A stretch of 64,000 nt of DNA, taken from positions 37,014,001 through 37,078,000 of the forward strand of contig OZ024744.1 of assembly GCA_964016885.1 (NCBI GenBank), in the 5' to 3' direction. Shown one piece after another: positions 1 to 13,653 of the stretch. Numbering within the stretch: the stretch's first letter is position 1; each line of letters begins with the position of its first letter. Below the pieces are notes generated by a model that saw only the letters and a list, made by a program, of their open reading frames with translations, was not told the origin of the DNA and did no database searches. Position numbers and translations under genes: made by a program. The stretch is from Eledone cirrhosa (lineage: Eukaryota).

Positions 1-1290
1 AGCTTTGTGTTATTGGAATCAGACGCAGTTTGTATCTCACCAGCCTTCTCACTCCACCACTGATCCTTCATCTGAGAAAGACTCCGCCTAACACGTGATT
101 TTACATCCCTGAGTTCCTCATGCAACGTATTCCTCTCCTGTGGTTTTGCCGTCAAGTAGCGTGACAGAGCACGCCTCTTATCAGCCAACAAGTCTTCTAT
201 ATGTACATCATTCTCATTAAACCAGTCTTGATGTTTTCTCTGCGCCAATCCCAGAACACGCCTGCCTACATCATAAACCGACTTTTTAAGGGTTGGCCAA
301 TCCTCACCAAGATCTGCAGTCTGCATCTCTTCTTCCAATGTCCTCTTCACATTTTTATCCTTAAGACGAGCAGAATTCAATCTTTTGGACAGAGCAACAC
401 CAGGAGCCCGGATTTTACGTTTAGTGATTAGTTTCACTTTTGCGCGTACCAGGCGGTGGTCCGTCCAGCACTCAGCTCCACGAAGAACACTAACACACCG
501 CACATCCTGTCTGTCACGCATCCTGACTAGGACGTAGTCCAAAAGATGCCATTCCTTAGATGCAGGATGCATCCATGTGGTCTTGAATTTGTTCTTTTGT
601 TGGAACATGGTGTTGGTAACACACAGATCCAGCTCCTCACACATCTGCAGCAGGAGCATACCATTGCTGTTACACTTTCCCACCCCATGCCTTCCGATTA
701 CATTCCATGTGTTAAAATCCCTACCCACTCTAGCATTAAAGTCACCAAGCACGATGACTTTGTCTGCCTGAGGGATATTTCTTAAAATACCTTTCAAGGC
801 ATGGTAAAAGGACACCTTTTCCTCATCGACAGAACTCATAGTTGGAGCATACACACTCACCATGGTAGCATATCTTCCTTTGTCCAGCGTAACTCTCATG
901 GACATAAGACGCTCACTAATCCCTACTGGGAATTCTTCTAATTTGTTCACAAGTACAGTCTTAACAGCAAATCCTACCCCAGCCTCTCTTCTGGTTCCTT
1001 CATCTCTTCCTTTCCAGAAGAATGTATATTCTCCACAAAATTCCGTAAGATGACCATCTCCAGCTAACCTCGTCTCAGATAAAGCCACGATGTCAAGATC
1101 GTAACGTCGAAGCTCCTTTGCAACAAAAGCGGTCCTTCGTTCAGGACGCTCCAATGAATCCCTGTCAAGCAGCGTCCGTACGTTCCAGCAGCCAAGACTA
1201 AATGCCTTGTTTGGCTCTATTACAATGGCACGATGACGAGCGGGCCCAGGCTGTGATAACCTGGTGCCCCTGCCCTTATTGCCAATGATC
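1..1290 (-). mobile_element. RTE-clade (BovB-like) LINE, 5' part: apurinic endonuclease domain and linker, running off the window
   Basis: Minus-strand translation gives GCWNVRTL..ALSETRL..GVGFAV..SVYAPT..LGDFNARVG..TWMHP..LDYVLV..TDHRLV, the APE motifs typical of RTE elements. Confidence 0.9.
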
Positions 1291-1385
1291 TTTTTTGTTC
1301 CAGAACCTAAATTGCCAAATATCTCTTTTATATTGTTCTGGAACATCATTGAATTTAAACAAAAAAAAAAAAAAAAGTAATAATA

Positions 1386-1423
<38 letters not shown>

Positions 1424-1424
<1 letters not shown>

Positions 1425-3125
1425 GGAACCGTGAAGATCAAGAAAGGTATCTTCCAGGGAGATAGCCTGTCCCCTCTGTTGTTTGTCCTTGCCCTGATGC
1501 CCTTGACCATTATGCTGCGAAAAGTGAGAGCAGGATACAAGTTGGGAAGGGGAGAGCTTACCATCAATCACCTCCTCTTCATGGACGATCTTAAGCTCTT
1601 CGGGAAAAGTGAGAAGGAGTTGGATGTGCTTGTTGACACTGTCCGTATTTTCAGCAGTGATATATGTATGCAGTTTGGTATTAGTAAATGTGGAGTCATT
1701 GTGATGAGGAGGGGTAGGTTGAGCAGAAGTAACGGGATCCAGATACCAACAGGTGAGATGATAAAGGAAATTGACTCTGAGGAAGGATACAAGTATTTGA
1801 GCGTTCTGGAGGCTGATGGCATAAAGAACAAAAAAATGAAGGAGTTGTTAAGAACTGAATACATTCGGAGAGTAAGGAGCGTTTTAAAGTCACATCTGAA
1901 CAGCAGAAATGCCACAAGCGCAGTAAATTCCCGAGCTGTGTCTATTATTAGGTACAGTGCGGGAATTCTGAGATGGAATGTTGCTGAACAAAAAGAAATG
2001 GATAGGAAGACTAGGAAGCTATTGACTATCTACAGCATGTTCCACAAGAGGAGTGATGTCGATAGACTCTACCTAAGGAGATCTGAGGGTGGAAGAGGTT
2101 TTATCAGCATAGAGGACTGTGTTCAGATGGAGAAAAACAACCTACACAAATACGTGACTGATAGTAAGGAGCCAATGCTCAGAACTGTACTGAAGGAGAG
2201 GACAGTAGGCCAGGGGATGTCCAAGGAGGAAATAACATCAACGAGAAAAAGCAGCCTTCAGGGAAAATCCCTTCATAGTACCTTCTTTGAGAAAACTGAA
2301 TTTAGAGATCCACAGACATGGAACTGGTTGAGAAGAGGAGACCTCAAAAAGGCTACAGAAGGAATGCTAATGGCTGCGCAAGAGCAGGCCCTCAAAACGA
2401 AGTGGTTGAAGCACCATATTTACAAGGAGGAGGCTAGCCCACTGTGCAGGATCTGTGGAGAGAGAGAGGAGACTGTGGATCACATTGTATTCGAGTGTAA
2501 ACACCTAGCCCAAACCCACTATAAGGGCTGGAGACATGATGTGATGGGCAGGGTGATCCACTGGCACCTGTGCAAAGTAAACAATTTACCACATTCTGAG
2601 AAATGGTATGAGCATAGGCCAGAGGCGGTGACGGAGAACGATCAGGTGAAGGTGCAGTGGGATTTTAGGATACAGACGGACAAGAAACTGGAACACAATA
2701 GACCTGACCTGGTGGTTGTGGACAAAGAAAAAAGATCGTGTCTGATTGTGGATGTGGCCTGGCCATTCGACACGAGAGTGCAAGAGAAGGAGAGGGTGAA
2801 AATTAACCGATACCAGGACCTAAAGTGGGAGGTGAAAAGGATTTGGAACTGCCATGAAGTCAAAGTGTTCCCGATTGTCATAGGCGCACTGGGGACTATC
2901 TCTAAAAGTTTTCAGGGATGGTTAAAGAAAATCGGCCCCTTCACGCTTTTTGGAACGCTTCAAAAGGCATGCTTGCTGGGAACAGCAAGAACCCTCCGAT
3001 ACGTCCTGAATATCTGAGGCTGCAGGTAGTGGCTTGATATTCATTCGAACGGACTTTCCAGTTAACCAACATCAATGACTGAGATTCAAGGAATAACAAC
3101 AATAATAATAATTATAATAATAATA
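1424..3125 (+). mobile_element. 5'-truncated R4/Dong-like non-LTR retrotransposon (RT C-terminal half, CCHC finger, restriction-like endonuclease)
   Basis: ORF 1431-3017 has GIFQGDSLSP, LFMDDLKLF, CRIC..ETVDHI..C, RHD and RPDLVVVD..IVDVA motifs; (TAA)n on both flanks. Confidence 0.92.
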
Positions 3126-3152
3126 GCACACTATTAATAATTATTAATGCAC

Positions 3153-3296
3153 TCGTGCAATGCCTGTGCGTGACGAATATTTTTAAAGTGTGGAAAGTCT
3201 GTGCACTGAGCCAATCCCACTCTCTGAGCGACAGTAGCTATAACCCGAAAAGAAGAAAAGATCAACATCTTCGGTAACTACTGAGCCGCAGGTTTT
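3153..3296. repeat. Dispersed ~145 bp repeat, second copy at 20083-20226
   Basis: Near-identical tcgtgcaatgcctgtgcgtga...actactgagccgcaggttt at both sites. Confidence 0.85.
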
Positions 3297-3957
3297 ATAT
3301 ATACACATAGATACACACATACACACACACACACACATATATATGTATCGGAACTTGACCACCACAGAACCCACTAAACATCATAGGAATTTACCAACAT
3401 TTCAACCATCCTCTTACGAAATCACCTATATAACTCACCCACACACACACCCCAAACATTTTTTTCTCCCACACACCACCTACACCCACAACGCGCTTAA
3501 ACCCCACACACACACGTGCTTTCCACCACATATTTACACCCTCAGCCTCCAGATTCCTCTCCCCCACCCCTCTATCCACACACGCACAGACATTCCGACC
3601 TACAATCCCCCACACACACCTCTTCCTGAACATGCAACCCCGTTCTTCCCCCAACCCTTACTTTCACATACACACACACACCACCTTCAGCCCTCCCCGC
3701 TCGGACACCCCGTCTCCCTCTCCCACTCCACCCGCCACCACCCCTACACACCCCACACCCTTCCACCACCTGTTTTACCCCTTTTTAATTTCAGTTTATT
3801 TTGATCATGCTTTTATATTTAATTTTATTTCATTCCTTGTATTTTGATCATGCTTTATTTTTACTTTTATTTTTAATTTCATTCGCACCGTTTCCTTTCG
3901 CTATATGTCTCTCCACCACTCCCCTACACACCCTTTGAACTCTGTTCCCACACACTT

Positions 3958-3993
3958 CTCACCTGAGGAAGGGCTTATACCCGAAACGTCGTT
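3958..3993 (+). ncRNA. Minimal hammerhead ribozyme-like motif (degenerate copy at 24908-24940)
   Basis: CTGAGGA-A-GGG cttata CCC-GAAA-CG-TC; helix I is weak; the second copy has GGAA in place of GAAA. Confidence 0.55.
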
Positions 3994-4080
3994 CCCCACC
4001 ACCACCCCACTCTCCAGAGCGTGAAATTAATAAACATTCGTTGTACTGCCTCTCTGTTTTGTTCCTGTTCAAATTTTTCC

Positions 4081-4124
<44 letters not shown>

Positions 4125-4125
<1 letters not shown>

Positions 4126-5041
4126 CTATATATAAAACTGAGGATGTCTGTCTGTATGTGTGTGAGTTCGAATCCCTAAAACTCGAGAACCACCCAACCG
4201 ACTGTTTTCAAACTTTACACATGTAATTCTTATGTTTCAGGGAGTGTCAAATGTTGAAATTTTCAATGTTCTAGAGACCGCATTAGGCGATTTAGCGATC
4301 TCGCTCTATAATTCTTAGTCTTTCTCTTTTTAGATAGATGCATACATATAACGTCGCACCCTTATAATATCTGTCTGTATGTCCGCTGTCTGCTTTACGT
4401 TACTTCCCTGAGGATGTCTGTGTGTGTGTCTGTGTGTTTGTGAGTTTGAATCCCTAAAACTCGAGAAGTACCCAACCCATTTTTTTCAGACTTTACATGT
4501 GTATTACTCATGTTTCAGGGAATATTATGCACATAAAAAATACATCTTTTTTTCATCTCATAGGGCCCGCATTAGGTGAAAAACTGCGTTTTTAAAGATT
4601 TTTAGGGGTCTTTTGAGGCTTTACGTCAGACCGATTTCCTTGAAATTGTAACTATGTATTAGTCAGTCTATTCTTCATACCGTAAGCAAAAAAAAATCCA
4701 AGTTTCTTTTGGCCTAGGGCTCGCATTACGTGAAAAACTTCATTTATTCAGCTTCTTAGGGCTTTTGGGAGGCGTTACGTCTAGCCAATTTTCCCGAAAT
4801 TTCAAGGCATATTATGCACATTAAAAAAATCCATTTTCTTGATCACCTAGGGCCCGCACAGTTGAAAACCTGCATTTTTCCTCCTTCATCGAGGAAAATC
4901 TTAAAGATTATCCAACCATCAGAGTATTCGGTTTATTTTCTTTAAATATTGTCCAGGCTTGTAGTTTTTCCACGATTAGGTCTGTTGGCGACCCACGTTC
5001 CAAAATACATTATCCCGTTCAACGCTGGGTACCACTGCTAG
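4125..5041 (+). mobile_element. Non-autonomous Helitron-like element
   Basis: Begins A|TCTATATATAAAA and ends cccgttcaacgctgggt (hairpin)-accactgCTAG|T; sits in an AT target; internal diverged subrepeats. Confidence 0.7.
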
Positions 5042-5126
5042 TATATATATATATACAGGACATTGTTCAAGAACCCGACGGCGGAGCTCACGCCGTTTCG
5101 ACGGCTATTTCTGGATATATACACTG

Positions 5127-5191
<65 letters not shown>

Positions 5192-5322
5192 CTCCAATGC
5201 TCTATTTGCCAGCGCCGTAGTTTTCTTTTTCATTTATATATATATATATATTATTTACGTATGTGTTTATATGTATGTGTCTGTCTCATATATATGTATG
5301 TGCACGCATATATGTATTTCTC

Positions 5323-5373
<51 letters not shown>

Positions 5374-5752
5374 CATACTTTTTTACTTTATGTGTATGTA
5401 TGTGCACATGAGCTTCCTAATTTTTTATAATTTTTTAGATAATTTTCATATAATTTTTATATAATTTTCATATATATTTTTATTTACGTATATTTTCCGT
5501 TATATTTTCCAGCCTCACTTGCAATTTTAATAGAATTTCGCTTTTTTCCATATTTTCATATATTTATAACTTTTTCATTTGAACTAGACGCATGTTAGCA
5601 CTATCTAGGGTCCTGAAACCTTTGGTAATGGAGTAGTTATATATTGTGTTGTTCACTTTCTAATTAAATAGTTCTGTTTTATACATAGAGCACTCTTTTG
5701 TTTTTGCTTTTTTTCGGAAATACTTAACACACACACACACACAATCACACAC

Positions 5753-5830
<78 letters not shown>

Positions 5831-6115
5831 ACATATATATATTGGTTTAAATTACGAATGTCTGGTGAAGTGTATAAAGTTTGTATATCCTGTTTCTACA
5901 TCGTAATTCTAGTTATAATATTTTAGTACATTTTTAAAACATAAGGAAGTGTGAAAATAAATTTACTTTATTCTCTACATCGTATTTCTTAATGAAATAT
6001 TTGCTACATTAGTACATTAGAAAAACAAAAGCAGATGAAAAGGAACTTAATTTTCTTGCTGACTTGTGATATATTATATGAAGTATCAGTAAGTGCAACT
6101 GTTATTCATTGTTAC

Positions 6116-6251
6116 CTCAGAAAAGTGTTGCCATTGTTGGTGCAGAAGCAATTGCCATCTTGTTTATATTTGCGGAGATGTTTGTGAATTAATTTAAGGG
6201 TCACTGTGGCACTAGAACTCCAATAGCCAGTAACCCAAGTTGACCCTTGAC
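6116..6251 (-). CDS. Candidate host exon (also duplicated near 9895-10030)
   Basis: ttttctaag|...|gtaac boundaries; open frame QGSTWVTGYWSSSATVTLKLIHKHLRKYKQDGNCFCTNNGNTFL; phase-compatible with 6659-6754. Confidence 0.3.
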
Positions 6252-6658
6252 CTTAGAAAACGCAGGGGGATTTTTTGGAGACTCTTTTTATTTTTTTTGA
6301 AAAATGGTCACTGATATACCGTCAAATACGGTAACTCTGAATTTCGTCAAATTTTCTCCCCTTTCTTTTGAGAAATACTAACAATTACTGCTGGGATTTT
6401 GCTTTCTTTTTCCTCAAAAGAGGGACATTTCAAGAAATGTTTATATCAAGAAATTTTGCTTACACCATTTAATAGATTACTTCTTAACTGATAAACATGC
6501 ATATGCATTCTTTCTTGAAAGTTTTGTTATTTTTCATTTTACAAATTTTTGATTTCTTATTTCTAAAAATGGAGCTCATTTTTAACAAAAGAAAAGCAAC
6601 AAACAATGCTTCTTTGCTAGATTTTCAACACAAAAAAGATTTATATTTTTAAATTTAC

Positions 6659-6754
6659 ATATGTCTTTCCTAATTTTTAGTTCTCCGCCTAGATCCTGCA
6701 ACATGTTCGTTGCAGTCATATTCCTACTCTCCGAACTCGGGCAATCCTCAGTTG
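6659..6754 (-). CDS. Candidate host exon (also duplicated near 10438-10533)
   Basis: cattttag|...|gtaaat boundaries; 96 nt, phase 1-1; TEDCPSSESRNMTATNMLQDLGGELKIRKDI. Confidence 0.3.
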
Positions 6755-6936
6755 CTAAAATGAATGTAGGCACTAATAATTAATTATAGATATAAATAGG
6801 AATTACAAAGCTACTTAAATTTACAATCGACCTCCATTAAACAACAGCTTCATCATATTGGCACTTGGTAGAACTTTTTGATTGGAATACTCAACCAATA
6901 TTCTTTGTGTTCAACTGAAAAAGTATTCCCCCCCCC

Positions 6937-6988
<52 letters not shown>

Positions 6989-7161
6989 ATACATGTATAT
7001 ATACATGTATACACATACAAACACGGACACACATACACACATTCTTTTAATGTTATATATTGTGTGTTACATTTTTTCCACTCTGTATATCTATATACAT
7101 GTGTATGCATGTGTGCATATGCATGTATGTATAAATATATGTATATATATAAATATATATT

Positions 7162-7210
<49 letters not shown>

Positions 7211-7678
7211 ATGTATATATGTGCGAATATCCGCATGGTATTTTCACACATTTTTGGTGAGAGGGGGGACGCACACCCATGTATGTTTGTATGTAGGAGT
7301 ATGTGTATATATATATGTATATGTTTATCTCGTACGTATGTGAGACTATCTGTATCGCCTTGTCTCACAGTTTTATTTATACTTTTTTTATACGTATGTA
7401 TACATATGTAGGCGAGTGTGTTTATACGTATGTATCTGTCGCATATATATGTATGTATGTGCACGCGTATATGTATTTGTCGTATATCTATATATAAATA
7501 TATATATTCATACATTTTTACTTTATGTGTATGTATGTACACATGGAATTCCTAATTTTTATATAATTTTTATATATAGCCTTTCTTGTGTATATTTTCC
7601 GTTATATTTCCCAGTCTAACTATCAGCTTTAATAGAATTTCACTTTCTTTCCATATTTTCAAATATTTATAACTTTTA

Positions 7679-7743
7679 CATCAGATGAACGAACTAGACG
7701 TATGTTAATATTGTCTAGGGTCGTCCTGAAACCTTTGGTAATG
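7679..7743 (+). ncRNA. Hammerhead-like motif with U4A core (copy at 11442-11506)
   Basis: CAT-CAGATGA-ACGA..CTAGAC/GTCTAG..TCGT-cct-GAAA-CC ttt GG-TA-ATG. Confidence 0.55.
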
Positions 7744-7942
7744 GAGTTATATATTGTGTTGTTCACTTTCTAATTAAATATATAGATATATACACACACA
7801 CATATATATATATAATAAGGAGTTGACGGACCCAGTATAAGAGATGAAAACATGAATGGACCTATTATTTTTATCTAAAGACATTTTTTACAATTCCAAC
7901 CCCCCCCCCCCGTCCTCTTAATCTATTTTATTTCTCATTCTT

Positions 7943-7978
7943 TCTTCTGATGAAGGACTAGCATCCGAAACGTTAAGA
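7943..7978 (+). ncRNA. Minimal type I hammerhead ribozyme (copy at 11711-11746; degenerate relative near 27500)
   Basis: TCTT-CTGATGA-A-GGA ctagca TCC-GAAA-CGTT-AAGA; palindromic AACGTT at helix III. Confidence 0.75.
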
Positions 7979-8061
7979 CCCTCTTCCTGCTATATCAAGC
8001 GTTAACCTCTATATACCTTCCATATACTGTACCGATTGCGTTGTTATTTCTGTTTACCTTT

Positions 8062-8154
<93 letters not shown>

Positions 8155-8703
8155 ATGTACATGCACAATTACGGAAAAACATGCAAAAAAAAAACTTTGC
8201 GTAAAGAGGCAATAATAAAATATTAGAGTGGACGCTTACACGATATTATCACAAAATATACGAAAAAAACCTTTGTATGCTTATGTGTACAACCATATAT
8301 AACAGGCAAGTACAGACATACAAATAAAGAGACACACTTGTATGTATACACACAAGTACACGTACACACACAGACAAAAAATTCGTGCACATAAGTACAC
8401 ACACACATATATATATATACGTACACATACACACGGACATATGCGCGTACACACATACACATAGTCACCCACATATATACATATATGGGTGGGTTATGAT
8501 TCGAAAGTAAAAGGGTAAGAAAGGTTAAAGACTGCAATTATATATAGAAAGGAGAAGTGTTCGATGCCTTGTATAAAAAACTCAGTAAAGGAAATGCAGA
8601 AGTAAATAAGTGAATAATATAGATGTAATACAAAATAAGTGTTGAATGTGTGTCTTAGGTGTGATGAAAGTATGATTTCGTGTTGGATATGAGCCCAGGG
8701 TGG

Positions 8704-8960
8704 TTAATATAAGATAGAGAGAGAGTGTTCAGGTGTATGAGTGTCAAAAATGGTGTTATGATGCCGGAAAAGGAGATGAGTTCTTATATGTGGGTACATT
8801 TTAAAGATTTCAGACTTTGAATTAAGACAAATATTGGAAGGTACCCATTCTGTAGAATCCTGTATTTTTCTGTCACACACAAGGTACACTTTCTTGTGCT
8901 TTTTACATGTTCTTTTGATTGGCCTAAAATAAACCAATCAATTCATAAGGAGTCCCACGT
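8704..8960 (-). mobile_element. Penelope-like element 3' fragment (copy at 12464-12720)
   Basis: CLNSKSEIFKMYPHIRTHLL resembles the C-terminus of the PLE GIY-YIG domain (compare CLNTKTEIFTSCPHMKSHLL near 39900). Confidence 0.6.
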
Positions 8961-9099
8961 TCTTTCATCTCCAATGCTCTATTTGCCAGCGCCGTAGTTT
9001 TCTTTTTCATTTATATATATATATATATTATTTACGTATGTGTTTATATGTATGTGTCTGTCTCATATATATGTATGTGCACGCATATATGTATTTCTC

Positions 9100-9150
<51 letters not shown>

Positions 9151-9529
9151 CATACTTTTTTACTTTATGTGTATGTATGTGCACATGAGCTTCCTAATTT
9201 TTTATAATTTTTTAGATAATTTTCATATAATTTTTATATAATTTTCATATATATTTTTATTTACGTATATTTTCCGTTATATTTTCCAGCCTCACTTGCA
9301 ATTTTAATAGAATTTCGCTTTTTTCCATATTTTCATATATTTATAACTTTTTCATTTGAACTAGACGCATGTTAGCACTATCTAGGGTCCTGAAACCTTT
9401 GGTAATGGAGTAGTTATATATTGTGTTGTTCACTTTCTAATTAAATAGTTCTGTTTTATACATAGAGCACTCTTTTGTTTTTGCTTTTTTTCGGAAATAC
9501 TTAACACACACACACACACAATCACACAC

Positions 9530-9609
<80 letters not shown>

Positions 9610-10713
9610 ACATATATATATTGGTTTAAATTACGAATGTCTGGTGAAGTGTATAAAGTTTGTATATCCTGTTTCTACATCGTAATTCTAGTTATAATAT
9701 TTTAGTACATTTTTAAAACATAAGGAAGTGTGAAAATAAATTTACTTTATTCTCTACATCGTATTTCTTAATGAAATATTTGCTACATTAGTACATTAGA
9801 AAAACAAAAGCAGATGAAAAGGAACTTAATTTTCTTGCTGACTTGTGATATATTATATGAAGTATCAGTAAGTGCAACTGTTATTCATTGTTACCTCAGA
9901 AAAGTGTTGCCATTGTTGGTGCAGAAGCAATTGCCATCTTGTTTATATTTGCGGAGATGTTTGTGAATTAATTTAAGGGTCACTGTGGCACTAGAACTCC
10001 AATAGCCAGTAACCCAAGTTGACCCTTGACCTTAGAAAACGCAGGGGGATTTTTTGGAGACTCTTTTTATTTTTTTTGAAAAATGGTCACTGATATACCG
10101 TCAAATACGGTAACTCTGAATTTCGTCAAATTTTCTCCCCTTTCTTTTGAGAAATACTAACAATTACTGCTGGGATTTTGCTTTCTTTTTCCTCAAAAGA
10201 GGGACATTTCAAGAAATGTTTATATCAAGAAATTTTGCTTACACCATTTAATAGATTACTTCTTAACTGATAAACATGCATATGCATTCTTTCTTGAAAG
10301 TTTTGTTATTTTTCATTTTACAAATTTTTGATTTCTTATTTCTAAAAATGGAGCTCATTTTTAACAAAAGAAAAGCAACAAACAATGCTTCTTTGCTAGA
10401 TTTTCAACACAAAAAAGATTTATATTTTTAAATTTACATATGTCTTTCCTAATTTTTAGTTCTCCGCCTAGATCCTGCAACATGTTCGTTGCAGTCATAT
10501 TCCTACTCTCCGAACTCGGGCAATCCTCAGTTGCTAAAATGAATGTAGGCACTAATAATTAATTATAGATATAAATAGGAATTACAAAGCTACTTAAATT
10601 TACAATCGACCTCCATTAAACAACAGCTTCATCATATTGGCACTTGGTAGAACTTTTTGATTGGAATACTCAACCAATATTCTTTGTGTTCAACTGAAAA
10701 AGTATTCCCCCCC

Positions 10714-10753
<40 letters not shown>

Positions 10754-10926
10754 ATACATGTATATATACATGTATACACATACAAACACGGACACACATA
10801 CACACATTCTTTTAATGTTATATATTGTGTGTTACATTTTTTCCACTCTGTATATCTATATACATGTGTATGCATGTGTGCATATGCATGTATGTATAAA
10901 TATATGTATATATATAAATATATATT

Positions 10927-10973
<47 letters not shown>

Positions 10974-11829
10974 ATGTATATATGTGCGAATATCCGCATG
11001 GTATTTTCACACATTTTTGGTGAGAGGGGGGACGCACACCCATGTATGTTTGTATGTAGGAGTATGTGTATATATATATGTATATGTTTATCTCGTACGT
11101 ATGTGAGACTATCTGTATCGCCTTGTCTCACAGTTTTATTTATACTTTTTTTATACGTATGTATACATATGTAGGCGAGTGTGTTTATACGTATGTATCT
11201 GTCGCATATATATGTATGTATGTGCACGCGTATATGTATTTGTCGTATATCTATATATAAATATATATATTCATACATTTTTACTTTATGTGTATGTATG
11301 TACACATGGAATTCCTAATTTTTATATAATTTTTATATATAGCCTTTCTTGTGTATATTTTCCGTTATATTTCCCAGTCTAACTATCAGCTTTAATAGAA
11401 TTTCACTTTCTTTCCATATTTTCAAATATTTATAACTTTTACATCAGATGAACGAACTAGACGTATGTTAATATTGTCTAGGGTCGTCCTGAAACCTTTG
11501 GTAATGGAGTTATATATTGTGTTGTTCACTTTCTAATTAAATATATAGATATATACACACACACATATATATATATAATAAGGAGTTGACGGACCCAGTA
11601 TAAGAGATGAAAACATGAATGGACCTATTATTTTTATCTAAAGACATTTTTTACAATTCCACCCCCCCCCCCCCCCCCCGTCCTCTTAATCTATTTTATT
11701 TCTCATTCTTTCTTCTGATGAAGGACTAGCATCCGAAACGTTAAGACCCTCTTCCTGCTATATCAAGCGTTAACCTCTATATACCTTCCATATACTGTAC
11801 CGATTGCGTTGTTATTTCTGTTTACCTTT

Positions 11830-11914
<85 letters not shown>

Positions 11915-12859
11915 ATGTACATGCACAATTACGGAAAAACATGCAAAAAAAAAACTTTGCGTAAAGAGGCAATAATAAAATATTAGAGTGGACGCTTACA
12001 CGATATTATCACAAAATATACGAAAAAAACCTTTGTATGCTTATGTGTACAACCATATATAACAGGCAAGTACAGACATACAAATAAAGAGACACACTTG
12101 TATGTATACACACAAGTACACGTACACACACAGACAAAAAATTCGTGCACATAAGTACACACACACATATATATATATACGTACACATACACACGGACAT
12201 ATGCGCGTACACACATACACATAGTCACCCACATATATACATATATGGGTGGGTTATGATTCGAAAGTAAAAGGGTAAGAAAGGTTAAAGACTGCAATTA
12301 TATATAGAAAGGAGAAGTGTTCGATGCCTTGTATAAAAAACTCAGTAAAGGAAATGCAGAAGTAAATAAGTGAATAATATAGATGTAATACAAAATAAGT
12401 GTTGAATGTGTGTCTTAGGTGTGATGAAAGTATGATTTCGTGTTGGATATGAGCCCAGGGTGGTTAATACAAGATAGAGAGAGAGTGTTCAGGTGTATGA
12501 GTGTCAAAAATGGTGTTATGATGCCGGAAAAGGAGATGAGTTCTTATATGTGGGTACATTTTAAAGATTTCAGACTTTGAATTAAGACAAATATTGGAAG
12601 GTACCCATTCTGTAGAATCCTGTATTTTTCTGTCACACACAAGGTACACTTTCTTGTGCTTTTTACATGTTCTTTTGATTGGCCTAAAATAAACCAATCA
12701 ATTCATAAGGAGTCCCACGTTCTTTCATCTCCAATGCTCTATTTGCCAGCGCCGTAGTTTTCTTTTTCATTTATATATATATATATATTATTTACGTATG
12801 TGTTTATATGTATGTGTCTGTCTCATATATATGTATGTGCACGCATATATGTATTTCTC

Positions 12860-12912
<53 letters not shown>

Positions 12913-13291
12913 CATACTTTTTTACTTTATGTGTATGTATGTGCACATGAGCTTCCTAATTTTTTATAATTTTTTAGATAATTTTCATATAATTTTTATA
13001 TAATTTTCATATATATTTTTATTTACGTATATTTTCCGTTATATTTTCCAGCCTCACTTGCAATTTTAATAGAATTTCGCTTTTTTCCATATTTTCATAT
13101 ATTTATAACTTTTTCATTTGAACTAGACGCATGTTAGCACTATCTAGGGTCCTGAAACCTTTGGTAATGGAGTAGTTATATATTGTGTTGTTCACTTTCT
13201 AATTAAATAGTTCTGTTTTATACATAGAGCACTCTTTTGTTTTTGCTTTTTTTCGGAAATACTTAACACACACACACACACAATCACACAC

Positions 13292-13437
<146 letters not shown>

Positions 13438-13567
13438 ATAATACATATATATATATATATACATATGCGATGAAATACCAATGATGGTTGGCAAAATCAC
13501 TGATGAGGGACTCATTTTATAATATGTAATCCCTGTGCAACGATACAGTATTCTTCTTCCCCCTGTT

Positions 13568-13653
<86 letters not shown>

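Noticed and set aside
201-1053. Plus-strand ORFs at 201-1053
   Set aside because: Antisense shadows of the minus-strand RTE endonuclease frame
6681-6765. Plus-strand exon reading MFVAVIFLLSELGQSSVA (signal-peptide-like)
   Set aside because: The next plausible exon stops after 7 codons; the minus-strand reading is more coherent, and neither is proven
13496-13555. CTGATGA-GGGA..TCCC hammerhead-like start
   Set aside because: No GAAA follows helix II; at best a dead remnant
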